NCBI GenBank assembly: GCA_963806225.1
Contig: CAWDXG010000004.1
Location: 4,288,001-4,352,000 of the forward strand
DNA length: 64,000 nucleotides
Origin: an uncultured delta proteobacterium
GTDB taxonomy: Bacteria > Myxococcota_A > Polyangia > Polyangiales > Polyangiaceae
Direction: 5' to 3'
Part shown: positions 30,558-40,151 of the stretch, piece after piece
Position numbering within the stretch: the first letter of the stretch is position 1
How the letters are laid out: the number at the start of each line of letters is the position of its first letter
The notes under the pieces: generated by a model
Told to the model about the DNA's origin: nothing
What the model saw: the letters and a program-made list of their open reading frames with translations, nothing else
Databases searched by the model: none
Translations under genes and position numbers: made by a program

Positions 30558-30797
30558 CTACCGTCTCGATATCTTGATGCGCCACACCGTGGGTCCCTGT
30601 TCCAGGTACTCCCACCCGAACTGGCCGGCGCGCTCGACCTCGAACTGACGCCGGACCGGGAACGGATCGTGGTCGTTGAGCAAAGTGAACGACTGGCCCG
30701 GCGCCAGACCGTCGAAGGTCGAGAAGATGGCGGGATGCTTTTCCCGCGGCGGGATCACGCGAACGTCCAGCTGCATAGTCGAGTCCTGATCAGCCAC
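30558..30797 (-). CDS. DUF2249 protein
   Basis: LDVRVIPPREKHPAIF..NDHDP..YLEQGP. Confidence 0.88.
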   Translation of the reverse strand: MADQDSTMQLDVRVIPPREKHPAIFSTFDGLAPGQSFTLLNDHDPFPVRRQFEVERAGQFGWEYLEQGPTVWRIKISRR

Positions 30798-31610
30798 TTA
30801 CGTTTCCTTTCTTGTAGAATCTTCGATGACGACCTCGACCAGCTCTGGTTCCACCTGGCGGATCTCGTAGGTGAAACCGCGCTGGGTGAGCAGCGGCAAC
30901 AACAATTCCGGCACGCGCACGTTGAGCTGCACGAGCCTGCCTCCCGGCGGAAGCCTGGACAGAGCGGCCAGCGTGCGGCTCATCGGCTCAGGGGGTTCGA
31001 GGCCACGCACGTCAAGGACAACGGGTTCCGCATCGGCTGGCGTCGACGCAGGGACAGCCCGCGCTCTTGGTGTTGCGTTCCCGGCGGCTCCCACCTGATA
31101 GAACCACACGCACCAGTCTTCCTCGCCGAGCCGTTCCGTATAGGCTGCGAAGCCGCGCTGCTCCATGACGCTCTTCAGCGGTGACGGGTCGAACGTGGCA
31201 CGCAGCCGCAGCACGTGATCCTGCGGCAGTCCCGCGACGGCGCCCATGATCCTGTGGAACGGTTCCTCGCCTCGACGCAGGTCGTCCCGCACGTCGAGCT
31301 CGTCGACCAGCTCGGGCGCGATCCGGTCGAGCTGCTCCGGTCGAGACTGACGGACGCCTGCTGGGCTGGCTGGCCCGCCGCTCTGGGCCTGGGAATGGTC
31401 GGAAAGCGCGGCCTCCAGTCTGGACACGAGGTCCGCTGACGTCATGCCGGCCATGCCCGCGGCCTCCTCCACTGTGACCAGCTTCGCCATCACCTCGCGG
31501 ACCGCGGGCGAGCGCAGCATTCGCAGCTGGTCAGAGAGTCCGGCCAGTACCTCGAGGAGACTTTCGTCTCTGGCGAGAACTGAAACGAGTCGTTCGTCGG
31601 GAGCGATCAA
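30798..31610 (-). CDS. DUF1858-like plus two DUF2249 domains; start uncertain
   Basis: LDVRDDLRRGEEPF..IM and LDVRGLEPPEPM. Confidence 0.8.
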   Translation of the reverse strand: MIAPDERLVSVLARDESLLEVLAGLSDQLRMLRSPAVREVMAKLVTVEEAAGMAGMTSADLVSRLEAALSDHSQAQSGGPASPAGVRQSRPEQLDRIAPELVDELDVRDDLRRGEEPFHRIMGAVAGLPQDHVLRLRATFDPSPLKSVMEQRGFAAYTERLGEEDWCVWFYQVGAAGNATPRARAVPASTPADAEPVVLDVRGLEPPEPMSRTLAALSRLPPGGRLVQLNVRVPELLLPLLTQRGFTYEIRQVEPELVEVVIEDSTRKET

Positions 31611-31888
31611 AAGACACCATCCTTGACCCTTCGGGGGTCCCAGGGAGGTGACCAGACGAGTCTGGGAGCGACCTCCGTTACATCGGGAAGCGGGGACAGC
31701 ACCTTGTGGATGCCGCGACGAATCGCATGTTCGAGCGGGCAACCCCGGGTGGTGAGTGTGAACGTGACGCCGACCTTGCCGTCGACGAAGCGCACGTCAT
31801 AGACGAGGCCGAGCGTGACGATGTCTACGCCCAGCTCGGGATCGATCACTCGGGCGAGCGCCGTGTAGATGTCGTCAACGGTGGTCAT
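31607..31888 (-). CDS. Metal-sulfur cluster assembly factor (SufT/DUF59)
   Basis: VIDPELGVDIVTLGLVY, TTRGCP, VWSPPW. Confidence 0.9.
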   Translation of the reverse strand: MTTVDDIYTALARVIDPELGVDIVTLGLVYDVRFVDGKVGVTFTLTTRGCPLEHAIRRGIHKVLSPLPDVTEVAPRLVWSPPWDPRRVKDGVF

Positions 31889-33171
31889 GCGGTGGTCCTC
31901 CGGGCGAGGGCAGAGAGCTGCAGCGCCTCCACGACGGCTCCTGCGGCGAAGGCCAGGGCTCCGGCGCGGACACCTGCGGGTGAGCCCAGCAGAACGCTCG
32001 AGGCCATCGCGACCAGGCCAATGGGAAGAACAACGGCAGGAACCCAGGCGACGCGCGCCGAGAACATCTCGGCCACGTTCGGCACCGCACGCTCGCCGAC
32101 GAAGGGTGCGAAGCGGTGGAACCAGACCAAGAACGGGACGATCTTGTAGTAGTGGCCCGCGACGAACAGGCCAATACCGCCGAGCACGAGCAGCAGATAC
32201 GCGAGCGGCCAGCGGGGCGCTTCGAGGCCGCTCCACGCTGCGTATGGTGCAAGCGGTAGCGCCAGCGCCAGCACGAACAAGCCCGCCGTCGCGAGCGCAA
32301 GCCCCGGCCCCAGCTTCCGCTTGAGGCGCGACCGGTAGTGCCGCGCGGACTGCAAAAGGAAGGCGAACATTCCGGCTTCCATCAGTGCCAGCCCGGCTGC
32401 ATCGGCTTCGCGACCGAGCGGCAGCACCGCCAACGCGACGCCAGACAGGATCAACGCCACGGCCGCCGCCGCGATTGTTCGCGGAACCCCGTGCACTACC
32501 AGGAACATCGGCTGCAGGTGGCCGGCGACGGCGATCATGACGAGGCCGAGCCAGCCGAACAGCGCTATGTGGGCATGCACGAAGACGGCCTCGAAACGGT
32601 CGGGGACGAAGCCGCGCGTCCGGTCCAGCGCCAGCGCGAAACCCCAAGCCAGCGTGACCAGCAGACAGAGCGCAGCGCCTAGCAGCGCCCACCACGTGGT
32701 GTCGCGCATGCGCGCACGCGCGAGGGTTGCCAGCAGATTGAACGCGAACAGCAGTAGCCCTGACGCGAGGGCGCCGGCCCCGACCTCGAGCGCCGTCGTC
32801 AGCGACGCGAGAAAGCCGAGCTCGAAGAGCACTAGCCCGAGTGCGACGAGCCCGAGCGTCCAGCGCGCGAGCGACGGCCAGCGGAGCGGCGTGCCGACGG
32901 CGACGGGCAGGAACTGGCACAGCGCGCCGATGGCCGTCAGCGTGAGGAACCCGAGCGTGAACAGATGGGTGACTGCGATCACAGCCGGCACATAGAACGC
33001 GCCAGCGGCAAGGCCCGGAGCCACCCAGACGAGACCCAGCGCTCCCGGAACGAACGACAGCATCGCCGCCACGAAGAAGCTCCCCGGCAACGACAAGGGC
33101 GGCGAGTCCGCGGTTGCCAGCGAGGCAGCTGGACGGAGAGCCGCGACGTGGATCGCCTGGTTGGTAGCCAT
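31885..33171 (-). CDS. Polytopic membrane protein with conserved His (type associated with DUF2249/SufT clusters); start uncertain
   Basis: THLFTLG, HAHIALFGW, YKIVPFLVW; about 12 hydrophobic segments. Confidence 0.75.
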   Translation of the reverse strand: MATNQAIHVAALRPAASLATADSPPLSLPGSFFVAAMLSFVPGALGLVWVAPGLAAGAFYVPAVIAVTHLFTLGFLTLTAIGALCQFLPVAVGTPLRWPSLARWTLGLVALGLVLFELGFLASLTTALEVGAGALASGLLLFAFNLLATLARARMRDTTWWALLGAALCLLVTLAWGFALALDRTRGFVPDRFEAVFVHAHIALFGWLGLVMIAVAGHLQPMFLVVHGVPRTIAAAAVALILSGVALAVLPLGREADAAGLALMEAGMFAFLLQSARHYRSRLKRKLGPGLALATAGLFVLALALPLAPYAAWSGLEAPRWPLAYLLLVLGGIGLFVAGHYYKIVPFLVWFHRFAPFVGERAVPNVAEMFSARVAWVPAVVLPIGLVAMASSVLLGSPAGVRAGALAFAAGAVVEALQLSALARRTTA

Positions 33172-33265
33172 GGTGGGTGGGCGGCACATCCCCTCCAGCC
33201 GGTTGCACATGGAAAGTTCCGGCGGAGCTGGGCGGGGACCGCGCCTGCAGAGTGACCCGGCAGAG

Positions 33266-33281
33266 AGCAAGTACCGTGCCG
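33266..33281 (-). promoter_or_regulatory. Sigma-54 (-24/-12) promoter for the leftward operon
   Basis: Minus strand CGGCACGGTACTTGCT, exact GG-N10-GC spacing. Confidence 0.8.
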
Positions 33282-33324
33282 CGCAGAGTCGCCTGCGAAC
33301 GGCGGGCCCTTATGGCGATCGAGC

Positions 33325-33339
33325 GTTCCGGATCGAAAC
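33325..33339. promoter_or_regulatory. Candidate activator binding site
   Basis: GTTCCGGATCGAAAC; near-copy GTTCCAGATCGAAAT at 34848-34862. Confidence 0.5.
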
Positions 33340-33477
33340 ATGGCGGAACGCGTCCGCGTTGCGCTCGCACTCGTTCTGCTCCACAGCGACCGGGTCGCGG
33401 CGGCGTCCGCTGCATTCTGCGCCCGCCCGCAGTTGCTCGCGCAATGCTTCAGGGAGGGCGGTCCGGGCTTCCGCCGT

Positions 33478-34017
33478 TCACGTCCGGTATTGGTCCCGGC
33501 GACGCTCGCGGATCGCGGCCCGGACGGCGTCGAGCGCTTCGTCGTCGAGCTCGGTGCGGAGCGCGGGAAAGATGTGCTCTTCCTCGGCCAGAAGGTGCCG
33601 CTCGAAGAGTTCCTGGAGCTCGCGCGCCCGGGGCAGAAGCTCGGCTGCGCGCGCGGCCAGGCCGCCCGGCGCCTCGGCCAGTGCCTGCCATGCCTCGACC
33701 TGCGGCGCCAGTAGCGCGTCGATGCGCTCGTGCTCGGCGTGCATCGTCTCGAGTCGCGCGTCCAGCTCGGTGCTCAGGCCGCGCAGGCGCGGAAGCAAGT
33801 CCAGTTCCTCGTCCTCGGTATGCAGCGGCAGGGCCAGCGTGAAGTAGCGCACGAGCTGCCGCGCCGCTTCGGCCACCTCATCCGCCGGGGCTCCGGGCGA
33901 CCCGGCCAGCGCGACGGCCATGCTGCTGAAGTGGCGGATGCGTGCGTGACAGCCGCTGAGCAGCGACAGCGCGTCGGAAGGCTCGGCTTCGCGTGAACGG
34001 AGTGACGGATACAACAT
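33478..34017 (-). CDS. Hemerythrin-like domain protein
   Basis: CHARIR, LHTEDEE..LLP, EH, HLLAEEEHIFP. Confidence 0.85.
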   Translation of the reverse strand: MLYPSLRSREAEPSDALSLLSGCHARIRHFSSMAVALAGSPGAPADEVAEAARQLVRYFTLALPLHTEDEELDLLPRLRGLSTELDARLETMHAEHERIDALLAPQVEAWQALAEAPGGLAARAAELLPRARELQELFERHLLAEEEHIFPALRTELDDEALDAVRAAIRERRRDQYRT

Positions 34018-34057
34018 GGGCGCCTCGATAGATTGCGTCGCCAGCTGCCGGGTGGCG

Positions 34058-34071
34058 ATGACTTTGGTCAT
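34058..34071. promoter_or_regulatory. Crp/Fnr-like palindrome centred between divergent genes
   Basis: GGCGATGAC-TTTG-GTCATCGCC, centre about 48 nt from both start codons. Confidence 0.65.
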
Positions 34072-34112
34072 CGCCCTACCACGTGGTAGGAACCCACGCT
34101 TCCCGCTCGAGC

Positions 34113-34619
34113 ATGCGTATTCTGTATCTCGTCTCCGTCTGGCTGCACATCCTGGCCGCAACCGTGTGGGTGGGCGGGATGGCGTTTTTCATGCTGGTGC
34201 TGGTGCCGCTGATGCGGTCGAAGGCGGTCGGGGCCAATGCCGGCCTGCTCATCCACTGGATCGGCGTGCGCTTCCGCAGCGTGGGCTGGGCGAGCCTGGG
34301 CGTGCTGGTGGTGACCGGCGGCTTCAACCTGTACGCCCGCGGCGTCCGCTGGGCGGATCTCCACAGCGGAGACTTCTGGCACAGCGACTTCGGCGAGACG
34401 CTGGCGGTTAAGCTGGCGATCGTGGCGACCATTCTCGTCATCAGCGCGGTGCACGACTTCAAGGTCGGTCCGCTGGCGACGCGACTGCTACGCGAGCAGC
34501 CGGATTCCGCGCAGGCCCAGCGCTACCGCAACCTGGCGCGCGCCATCGGCCGGATCAACGTGGTATTGGCTCTCGCCGCCGTGGCGCTGGGCGTCGTGCT
34601 GGTGCGCGGTCTGCCGTGA
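34113..34619 (+). CDS. CopD/DUF4149-like four-TM protein
   Basis: LHILAATVWVGG, TGGFN, KL..V..HDF..GP. Confidence 0.8.
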   Translation: MRILYLVSVWLHILAATVWVGGMAFFMLVLVPLMRSKAVGANAGLLIHWIGVRFRSVGWASLGVLVVTGGFNLYARGVRWADLHSGDFWHSDFGETLAVKLAIVATILVISAVHDFKVGPLATRLLREQPDSAQAQRYRNLARAIGRINVVLALAAVALGVVLVRGLP

Positions 34620-34726
34620 ACACCAGGACGGCCGTCGGCGAGCCCTGACGCGCGGAGCGGTCCGACCGGAATTGCGTGGGAGGTCATGCTCAGCGCCTCG
34701 TCCCATGCACCCATGCGGAATCGTCC

Positions 34727-34740
34727 ATGACAAATGTCAC
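34727..34740. promoter_or_regulatory. Crp/Fnr-like palindrome upstream of the sigma-54 activator
   Basis: ATGACAAATGTCAC. Confidence 0.55.
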
Positions 34741-34865
34741 GATCGCGGCTGGCACGGAAAAACAAGCGTCAGAATGTCCCGGCCGATGAGCAACGAGCGC
34801 GTCGACGCGGGACACGGAGCGGGAGGCCTTGCGCCCGCGGTCGCAGTGTTCCAGATCGAAATCCA

Positions 34866-35915
34866 GTGAAACATCTTCCGCCGTGCGACCACCCCTTCGA
34901 GCGCGGCCGGCTGTGCAAGACATGCGGCCTCAGGCCGATGGTCGACGGCGTGCGGAGCTGCAGCCGGCTGGTCGCACGCAGCGACGCGATGCGCACGCTG
35001 CTCTCCAAGGTAGCGCTGGTCGCCGCCAGCGACGCGCCGGTAGTCATCGAGGGGGAAAGCGGCACGGGCAAAGAGGTGCTGGCCCGCGCCCTGCACGCCA
35101 ACAGCTCCCGCGCGTCGGGTCGCTTTGTCGCGGTGAACGTGGCCGCGCTGCCCGCCGACCTGCTCGAGTCCGAGCTCTTCGGGCATGCGCGGGGCGCGTT
35201 CACGGGAGCAACCGGCGCCAAGCAGGGACTGTTCGAGGAGGCCGCGGGAGGCACCCTGTTTCTCGACGAGATCGGGGAGATGCCTCACGCCCTGCAGGCC
35301 AAGCTCCTGCGCGCTCTGCAGGACGGTGAAATACGCCGCATCGGCGAGACGCGCTCGTTCTCGGTCGACGCGCGCGTTCTATGTGCAACGAATGTGGATC
35401 TGCGTGCGCATGTGTCGTCGGGGCACTTCCGCGCCGATCTCTACTATCGGCTGCGGGTCTTCGGCTTCGTGGTCCCGCCCCTTCGAGAGCGGCGCGACGA
35501 CATCCTGCCCCTGGCTCGCGTACTCCTCGAACGCATTCCGCACGCCTCGCAGCGCTTCACGCCGGACGCTGAAGCCGTGCTCCAGGCCTATTCGTGGCCG
35601 GGGAATGTGCGCGAGCTCGGGAACGCAGTACACCACGGAGCGGTCCTGTCACAGGGTGATGACATCAACGTCGCGCACCTGCCGGACGAGGTCATCTCGG
35701 GCCGCTCGGAGACCTCGGGAGGGGGATTGGATACGCTCGCAGAGGTCGAGCGGCGACATCTGCTGCGCGTGCTCGAGTTCTGCAACGGCAATCAGGCCGA
35801 GGCCGCCCGCATTCTCGGTATCGGAAGGACCACGCTCTGGCGCAAGATACGCGAGTTCCGCGTCGAGGCTTCGTCAAGCGAGCCGAGTGGGCTGCCCCTA
35901 TCTCCACGCCGGTAG
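34866..35915 (+). CDS. Sigma-54-dependent activator (AAA+ and Fis HTH) with a short Cys/His N-terminus; start uncertain
   Basis: [50 protein letters not shown]. Confidence 0.92.
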   Translation: MKHLPPCDHPFERGRLCKTCGLRPMVDGVRSCSRLVARSDAMRTLLSKVALVAASDAPVVIEGESGTGKEVLARALHANSSRASGRFVAVNVAALPADLLESELFGHARGAFTGATGAKQGLFEEAAGGTLFLDEIGEMPHALQAKLLRALQDGEIRRIGETRSFSVDARVLCATNVDLRAHVSSGHFRADLYYRLRVFGFVVPPLRERRDDILPLARVLLERIPHASQRFTPDAEAVLQAYSWPGNVRELGNAVHHGAVLSQGDDINVAHLPDEVISGRSETSGGGLDTLAEVERRHLLRVLEFCNGNQAEAARILGIGRTTLWRKIREFRVEASSSEPSGLPLSPRR

Positions 35916-36084
35916 TACCCAGCGGCTCACGGGCCGCAGCGCCCGGGAATGGCAACCTCCGCCACGATGCCGATGCATACCCCATACCGTCTACTCGCAG
36001 TCCGCGCTGGTCCAGAAGTTGCGTGGTCGAGGCGCAACATGAACGACCCAGGCTAGCCATCGCAGCACCACCCACAGGAACACC

Positions 36085-36423
36085 ATGACCCATGCCGTGT
36101 ATCCCCCTCCATCGCGCGATATCGCCAAGACGCGCCGCGCGCTGACGCCCGACATCCAGGACGCCTTCGATGCGTTCAGCCAACGCGTGTTTGCCGACGG
36201 CGCGCTTGACGCCAAGACGAAGCAGCTGATCGCGGTCGCAGTCGCGCATGTCACGCAGTGTCCGTACTGCATCACCGGGCACACGAAGGCGGCCCGCCGA
36301 AGTGGCGCCACGCCCGAGGAGATCATGGAAGCCATCTGGGTGGCTGCCGAGATGCGGGCGGGCGGCGCCTACGCACACTCGGCCGTTTCGCTGACGGTGT
36401 TGAACGAGGAGCAGCAGCGCTAG
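36085..36423 (+). CDS. Carboxymuconolactone decarboxylase / AhpD-like protein
   Basis: GALDAKTKQLIA..CPYCI..H. Confidence 0.9.
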   Translation: MTHAVYPPPSRDIAKTRRALTPDIQDAFDAFSQRVFADGALDAKTKQLIAVAVAHVTQCPYCITGHTKAARRSGATPEEIMEAIWVAAEMRAGGAYAHSAVSLTVLNEEQQR

Positions 36424-37127
36424 CCGCGGCTGGACACTTTCTCGAACAGGTACCGATACCGCGAATCGACGACAGCTCCGAACAACGGATCGTCGGGAGT
36501 CCGGAACCCCGCGTCGAGCGACTGCCAGTCGTCGCCATCCAGCACGCGACTCACCACCGGGTACAGGGACGCCTCCTCGAAATCGAGGTGGCTGCGCAGG
36601 TCCGAAGTGTACCGCTGCCCGGCTTCGACGACGGTATCTCGCGCGACGGGCACGTCCGCCTGTGCGCGTTCCAGCAGGTCACGAACCGTGCCGCCTCCCG
36701 ACAGGATGGCACCATGCTGGCGCGACACCACCTCGAGCGCCTCTCCAAGCTCCGCGTCACGCATCGCAGAAAGCGCGAAGGCAGCTTCTTCCCGCGGATG
36801 ATGGAAGCGATCAATGTACGTGGTCATGTAGTGGAGCACGTCCACCATCAGCTGGTAGTCGGGGGCTCCGCCGTTCGCGACGTTGACGAGCTCTGCGTCC
36901 AGCAGCTCGAGCAGAGTCCGCATCTGCTGATGTTCGCGGAGAAAGGCCGCGCATCGGGAGCGGCCGTCCGCTCGTTCAGCCTCCGTCGGCGGTCCGAGCG
37001 TCCCGCCTGGCGGATCGCTCGCAGGGAACGAGGCCGCACCCGCGTCGTCGACGCGTTCGCCTGCGGCAATCCGACTCGTGGCACGTGTCGTTTCGGGCCC
37101 GCTGCCGTCTGCACACTGGAGATACAT
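36420..37127 (-). CDS. Hemerythrin-like domain protein; start uncertain
   Basis: EHQQM, FHHPREE, QH, HLDFEE..LYP, DDPLFG; N-terminal SFPASDPP. Confidence 0.8.
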   Translation of the reverse strand: MYLQCADGSGPETTRATSRIAAGERVDDAGAASFPASDPPGGTLGPPTEAERADGRSRCAAFLREHQQMRTLLELLDAELVNVANGGAPDYQLMVDVLHYMTTYIDRFHHPREEAAFALSAMRDAELGEALEVVSRQHGAILSGGGTVRDLLERAQADVPVARDTVVEAGQRYTSDLRSHLDFEEASLYPVVSRVLDGDDWQSLDAGFRTPDDPLFGAVVDSRYRYLFEKVSSRG

Positions 37128-37206
37128 GTTATCCCATCCAGCAAGAACCAGACCAGGAGCGGTACCATGCGGCTCGGATCGTGCATGAGCCTGACCGGAG
37201 TCCGTC

Positions 37207-37773
37207 ATGAGCACCACTGACCTGACGGTCGTGCCGGAGCTGTGGACCATCGGTCACTCCACGCGGTCCATCGACGAGTTCGTCGATCTCCTGCAGGTGC
37301 ACGGTATCGAGCGCGTCGCGGACATCCGCACTATTCCACGGTCGCGGCGGAACCCGCAGTTCAACCTTGACATGTTGCCGGAACACCTCGCCCGTGCCGG
37401 CATCCGCTATGTTCACCTGCCCGCTCTGGGAGGACTGCGCCGAGCGTGGAAGGACTCGAACAACGCCGGCTGGCGGAACCCGAGCTTCCGGGGCTTTGCG
37501 GACTACATGCAGACGCCAGATTTCGCGCATGCGCTGTCCGCGCTCGCGCAAACGGCACTGCATGAGCGGCTCGCGCTGATGTGCGCAGAAGCCGTGCCGT
37601 GGCGCTGCCATCGAAGCCTGGTGGCCGATGCCCTTGTGGTGCGGGGGGCCAGCGTCTGGCACATCACGAGCCGGTCGCGCGCTGCCGCTCACCGGCTGAC
37701 CTCGTTTGCCCACGTCGAGGGCGGGAACCTCACCTATCCGCCACCCGACGCACCGATGACCGATGAAAAATGA
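37207..37773 (+). CDS. DUF488 family protein
   Basis: WTIGHSTR, PRSRRNPQFN, MCAEAVPWRCHRSL. Confidence 0.92.
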   Translation: MSTTDLTVVPELWTIGHSTRSIDEFVDLLQVHGIERVADIRTIPRSRRNPQFNLDMLPEHLARAGIRYVHLPALGGLRRAWKDSNNAGWRNPSFRGFADYMQTPDFAHALSALAQTALHERLALMCAEAVPWRCHRSLVADALVVRGASVWHITSRSRAAAHRLTSFAHVEGGNLTYPPPDAPMTDEK

Positions 37774-38912
37774 CCGCTCGCCCGCAGCGAATCCGACCGC
37801 AGCCAGTCCTGTTCGGCGCGGCAACCCTGTACGCAATGGTCGCGCTACCGCTGTGGGTGCTGGCCCGGCAGCTGCAGACGCCCGCCTTCCCCGCGCGCTT
37901 CACTTCCGGCGATTGGCACGGCTACGAGATGCTCTTCGGATACGCCTTCGCCGTGGTCGCCGGGTTTCTGATGGGTCCTGTTCCGCGAGGGGCCGTAGCC
38001 TGGCTTGTCGTCGTGTGGTTCGTGGCCCGCGCTGGAGCGCTGGTCGCGCCGTTCGGTCCGGTCCATTCGATCGCCAGCGCGCTCTTTGCGCTGTCGGTCG
38101 CTGCTCTTCTGGCAGCGAAGCTGTTCCGTGGCCCGTCCAAGGCACGCAACCGGGTTTTTGCGCCCGTCGTCCTTGCGCTGTGTGCCATCGCCGCGCTCGC
38201 GCCCTTCGCTGGCGCGCTGCGTCTGCGGCTCTTCGTCGTAGCGCTGGATCTGTACGTCGTGTTGCTCGCGTTCATGGGTGGACGGCTGATCGCCGCAGCC
38301 GCGGCGGGCCACTTCTACCGCCGCGGCGAAAACCTCGAGCAGCGCGTGCAACCGCGACTCGAAGCCGCCCTTCTGACGAGCCTGCTGGTGCTGGCCGTGT
38401 GCGATCTCGTGGCAGCTCCCGAGGTCGTGTGCAGCGCCGTTGCCGTCGTCGCGTCCGTGCTGCTCCTGATCCGGTGGTCACGGTGGCGCCTTTGGACCTG
38501 CCTCGACTGGTGGAACCTGACGGCCCTGGGCGTGGGCTACCTGTGGCTGGCCATCGGGCTGGGCCTCAGGGCAACGCGCTCGCTACGGGTGTGGGTCCTT
38601 CCGGTCGACGCGCTGCACGGCCTCACGGTGGGCGCGCTCGGGTCGCTGACGCTGCTCGTCATGGGGCGCACGCGCGCCATGACCCGCGGCCTGGATCCGG
38701 AGCGCTCCGCAGTGCTCGCGGTGGCGGCCGTACTGGTGAACCTCGTTGCGCTGCTACGGCTCGCCGCGGGTGTGCTGGTCGCGCCGCGTCTCGATCTGCT
38801 GCTGGCCGCGGCCACTGCGTGGACGCTGGCGTTCGCAACACTGGCCAGCCTCATGTGGCGGCTCCGGCGGGCCGTGCCGCTGACAAAAGTCATGGCCAAG
38901 TCGGCGCGGTAG
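37770..38912 (+). CDS. nnrS: NnrS-family membrane protein
   Basis: WHGYEMLFGY..AVVAGFL, GGRLI, ALHGLTVG; NO-related context. Confidence 0.8.
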   Translation: MTARPQRIRPQPVLFGAATLYAMVALPLWVLARQLQTPAFPARFTSGDWHGYEMLFGYAFAVVAGFLMGPVPRGAVAWLVVVWFVARAGALVAPFGPVHSIASALFALSVAALLAAKLFRGPSKARNRVFAPVVLALCAIAALAPFAGALRLRLFVVALDLYVVLLAFMGGRLIAAAAAGHFYRRGENLEQRVQPRLEAALLTSLLVLAVCDLVAAPEVVCSAVAVVASVLLLIRWSRWRLWTCLDWWNLTALGVGYLWLAIGLGLRATRSLRVWVLPVDALHGLTVGALGSLTLLVMGRTRAMTRGLDPERSAVLAVAAVLVNLVALLRLAAGVLVAPRLDLLLAAATAWTLAFATLASLMWRLRRAVPLTKVMAKSAR

Positions 38913-38933
38913 TTGCAAATGATAATCATGTTC
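38880..38933 (+). promoter_or_regulatory. Clustered TGAC-N4-GTCA box, sigma-54-like promoter and Fur-like box
   Basis: CTGACAAAAGTCAT 38880-38893; CGGCGCGGTAGTTGCA 38902-38917; GCAAATGATAATCATGTTC 38915-38933, 15/19 to the Fur consensus. Confidence 0.6.
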
Positions 38934-38952
38934 AATTGCATTGGAGGCGCCC

Positions 38953-39780
38953 ATGACCACCCAGTCCGTCAGATTCGACGGTAAACCCTTCGAGAACCAC
39001 CTCGACGTCCAGAAGATGCCAGCCCACTGGTTGATGGCGCACCTGGGCAAGCGCGTGCTTCGCCCCGGCGGGCGGGAGACCACGCGCTGGCTGCTCGACC
39101 GCGCGCGCATCGACCAGTCCGACGACGTGGTCGAGCTCGCACCAGGCCTGGGGGTCACCGCCCGCGAGCTCCTGCAGCGCCGCCCCAAAAGCTACTCGGG
39201 TATCGAGCGCAACGTGGAGGCGATCGCGTTGACCCGGCGATCCCTGGCGCGCGCGGGGTTCCCCGCGACCACGGTGCTCAAGGGCGACGCGGCGGACGTG
39301 CCGCTGCCGGACAGCTCGGCGTCCCTGGTGTTCGGGGAGGCGATGCTGAGCATGCAGTCCCGCGACAAGAAGCGGCTCATCATCGACGAAGCCCGACGGC
39401 TGCTCTGCCCTGGAGGACGCTACGCCATCCACGAGCTCGCGGTCGTCCCGAACGACATCGACGGCGAACGCCTGACGCAGATCCAGCGTGACCTGTCCAC
39501 GACCATCCACGTCGGCGTCCGGATAGAAACACCCGCAGAGTGGGCGAACTTGCTCGAGGAGGCGGGGCTCGTTGTCGAGGCCACGCGAGTCGCGCCGATG
39601 CGCTTGCTGGAGGTCGATCGCCTGATCGACGACGAGGGCATCAGCGGGACGGCGCGCTTCGTCTTCAACACGCTGCGGACTCCCGGCGCCCTGCGACGCC
39701 TTGCCGCGGTGCGCGCCAGTTTCCATCGCCACCAGGCCCACCTGCGCGCCATCGCCATCGTGGCCAGAGCGCCATCTTGA
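38953..39780 (+). CDS. Class I SAM-dependent methyltransferase
   Basis: HWLMAHLGKRVLRPGG, VVELAPGLG, GEAMLSMQ. Confidence 0.88.
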   Translation: MTTQSVRFDGKPFENHLDVQKMPAHWLMAHLGKRVLRPGGRETTRWLLDRARIDQSDDVVELAPGLGVTARELLQRRPKSYSGIERNVEAIALTRRSLARAGFPATTVLKGDAADVPLPDSSASLVFGEAMLSMQSRDKKRLIIDEARRLLCPGGRYAIHELAVVPNDIDGERLTQIQRDLSTTIHVGVRIETPAEWANLLEEAGLVVEATRVAPMRLLEVDRLIDDEGISGTARFVFNTLRTPGALRRLAAVRASFHRHQAHLRAIAIVARAPS

Positions 39781-39792
39781 AGGAGTGAAACC

Positions 39793-40143
39793 ATGTCAAT
39801 ACCAACAAAGCTACCCGCTGCAGAAACACTCACCCTGTCGACGCTCGTCACCTCCACCGAGCAGGGCATCGCAAGCCGCGTGCTTGCCAAGACCGGCGGC
39901 GGCAGCGTGACACTGTTCGCCTTCGATACGGGCCAGGATCTGAGCGAGCACACCTCGCCGTTCGATGCGCTGGTCCTCGTTCAGCAGGGAGCACTGGACC
40001 TGACCGTCGGCGGACAGCCCGTCCAGGCCACGCCGGGCACTGTCGTGCTCATGCTCGCGAACGTTCCGCATGCCCTACAGGCGCGCGAGCCAACGCGGAT
40101 GCTGCTCGTCATGCTTCGCGAGCCCAACGCCCGGGGCAAATAG
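39793..40143 (+). CDS. Cupin domain protein
   Basis: TLFAFDTGQDLSEHT..DA, ANVPHAL. Confidence 0.88.
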   Translation: MSIPTKLPAAETLTLSTLVTSTEQGIASRVLAKTGGGSVTLFAFDTGQDLSEHTSPFDALVLVQQGALDLTVGGQPVQATPGTVVLMLANVPHALQAREPTRMLLVMLREPNARGK

Positions 40144-40151
40144 AACGTCGA

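Noticed and set aside
34750..34765. Sigma-54 promoter candidates TGGCACGG at 34750 and 9879
   Set aside because: No GC at the -12 position.
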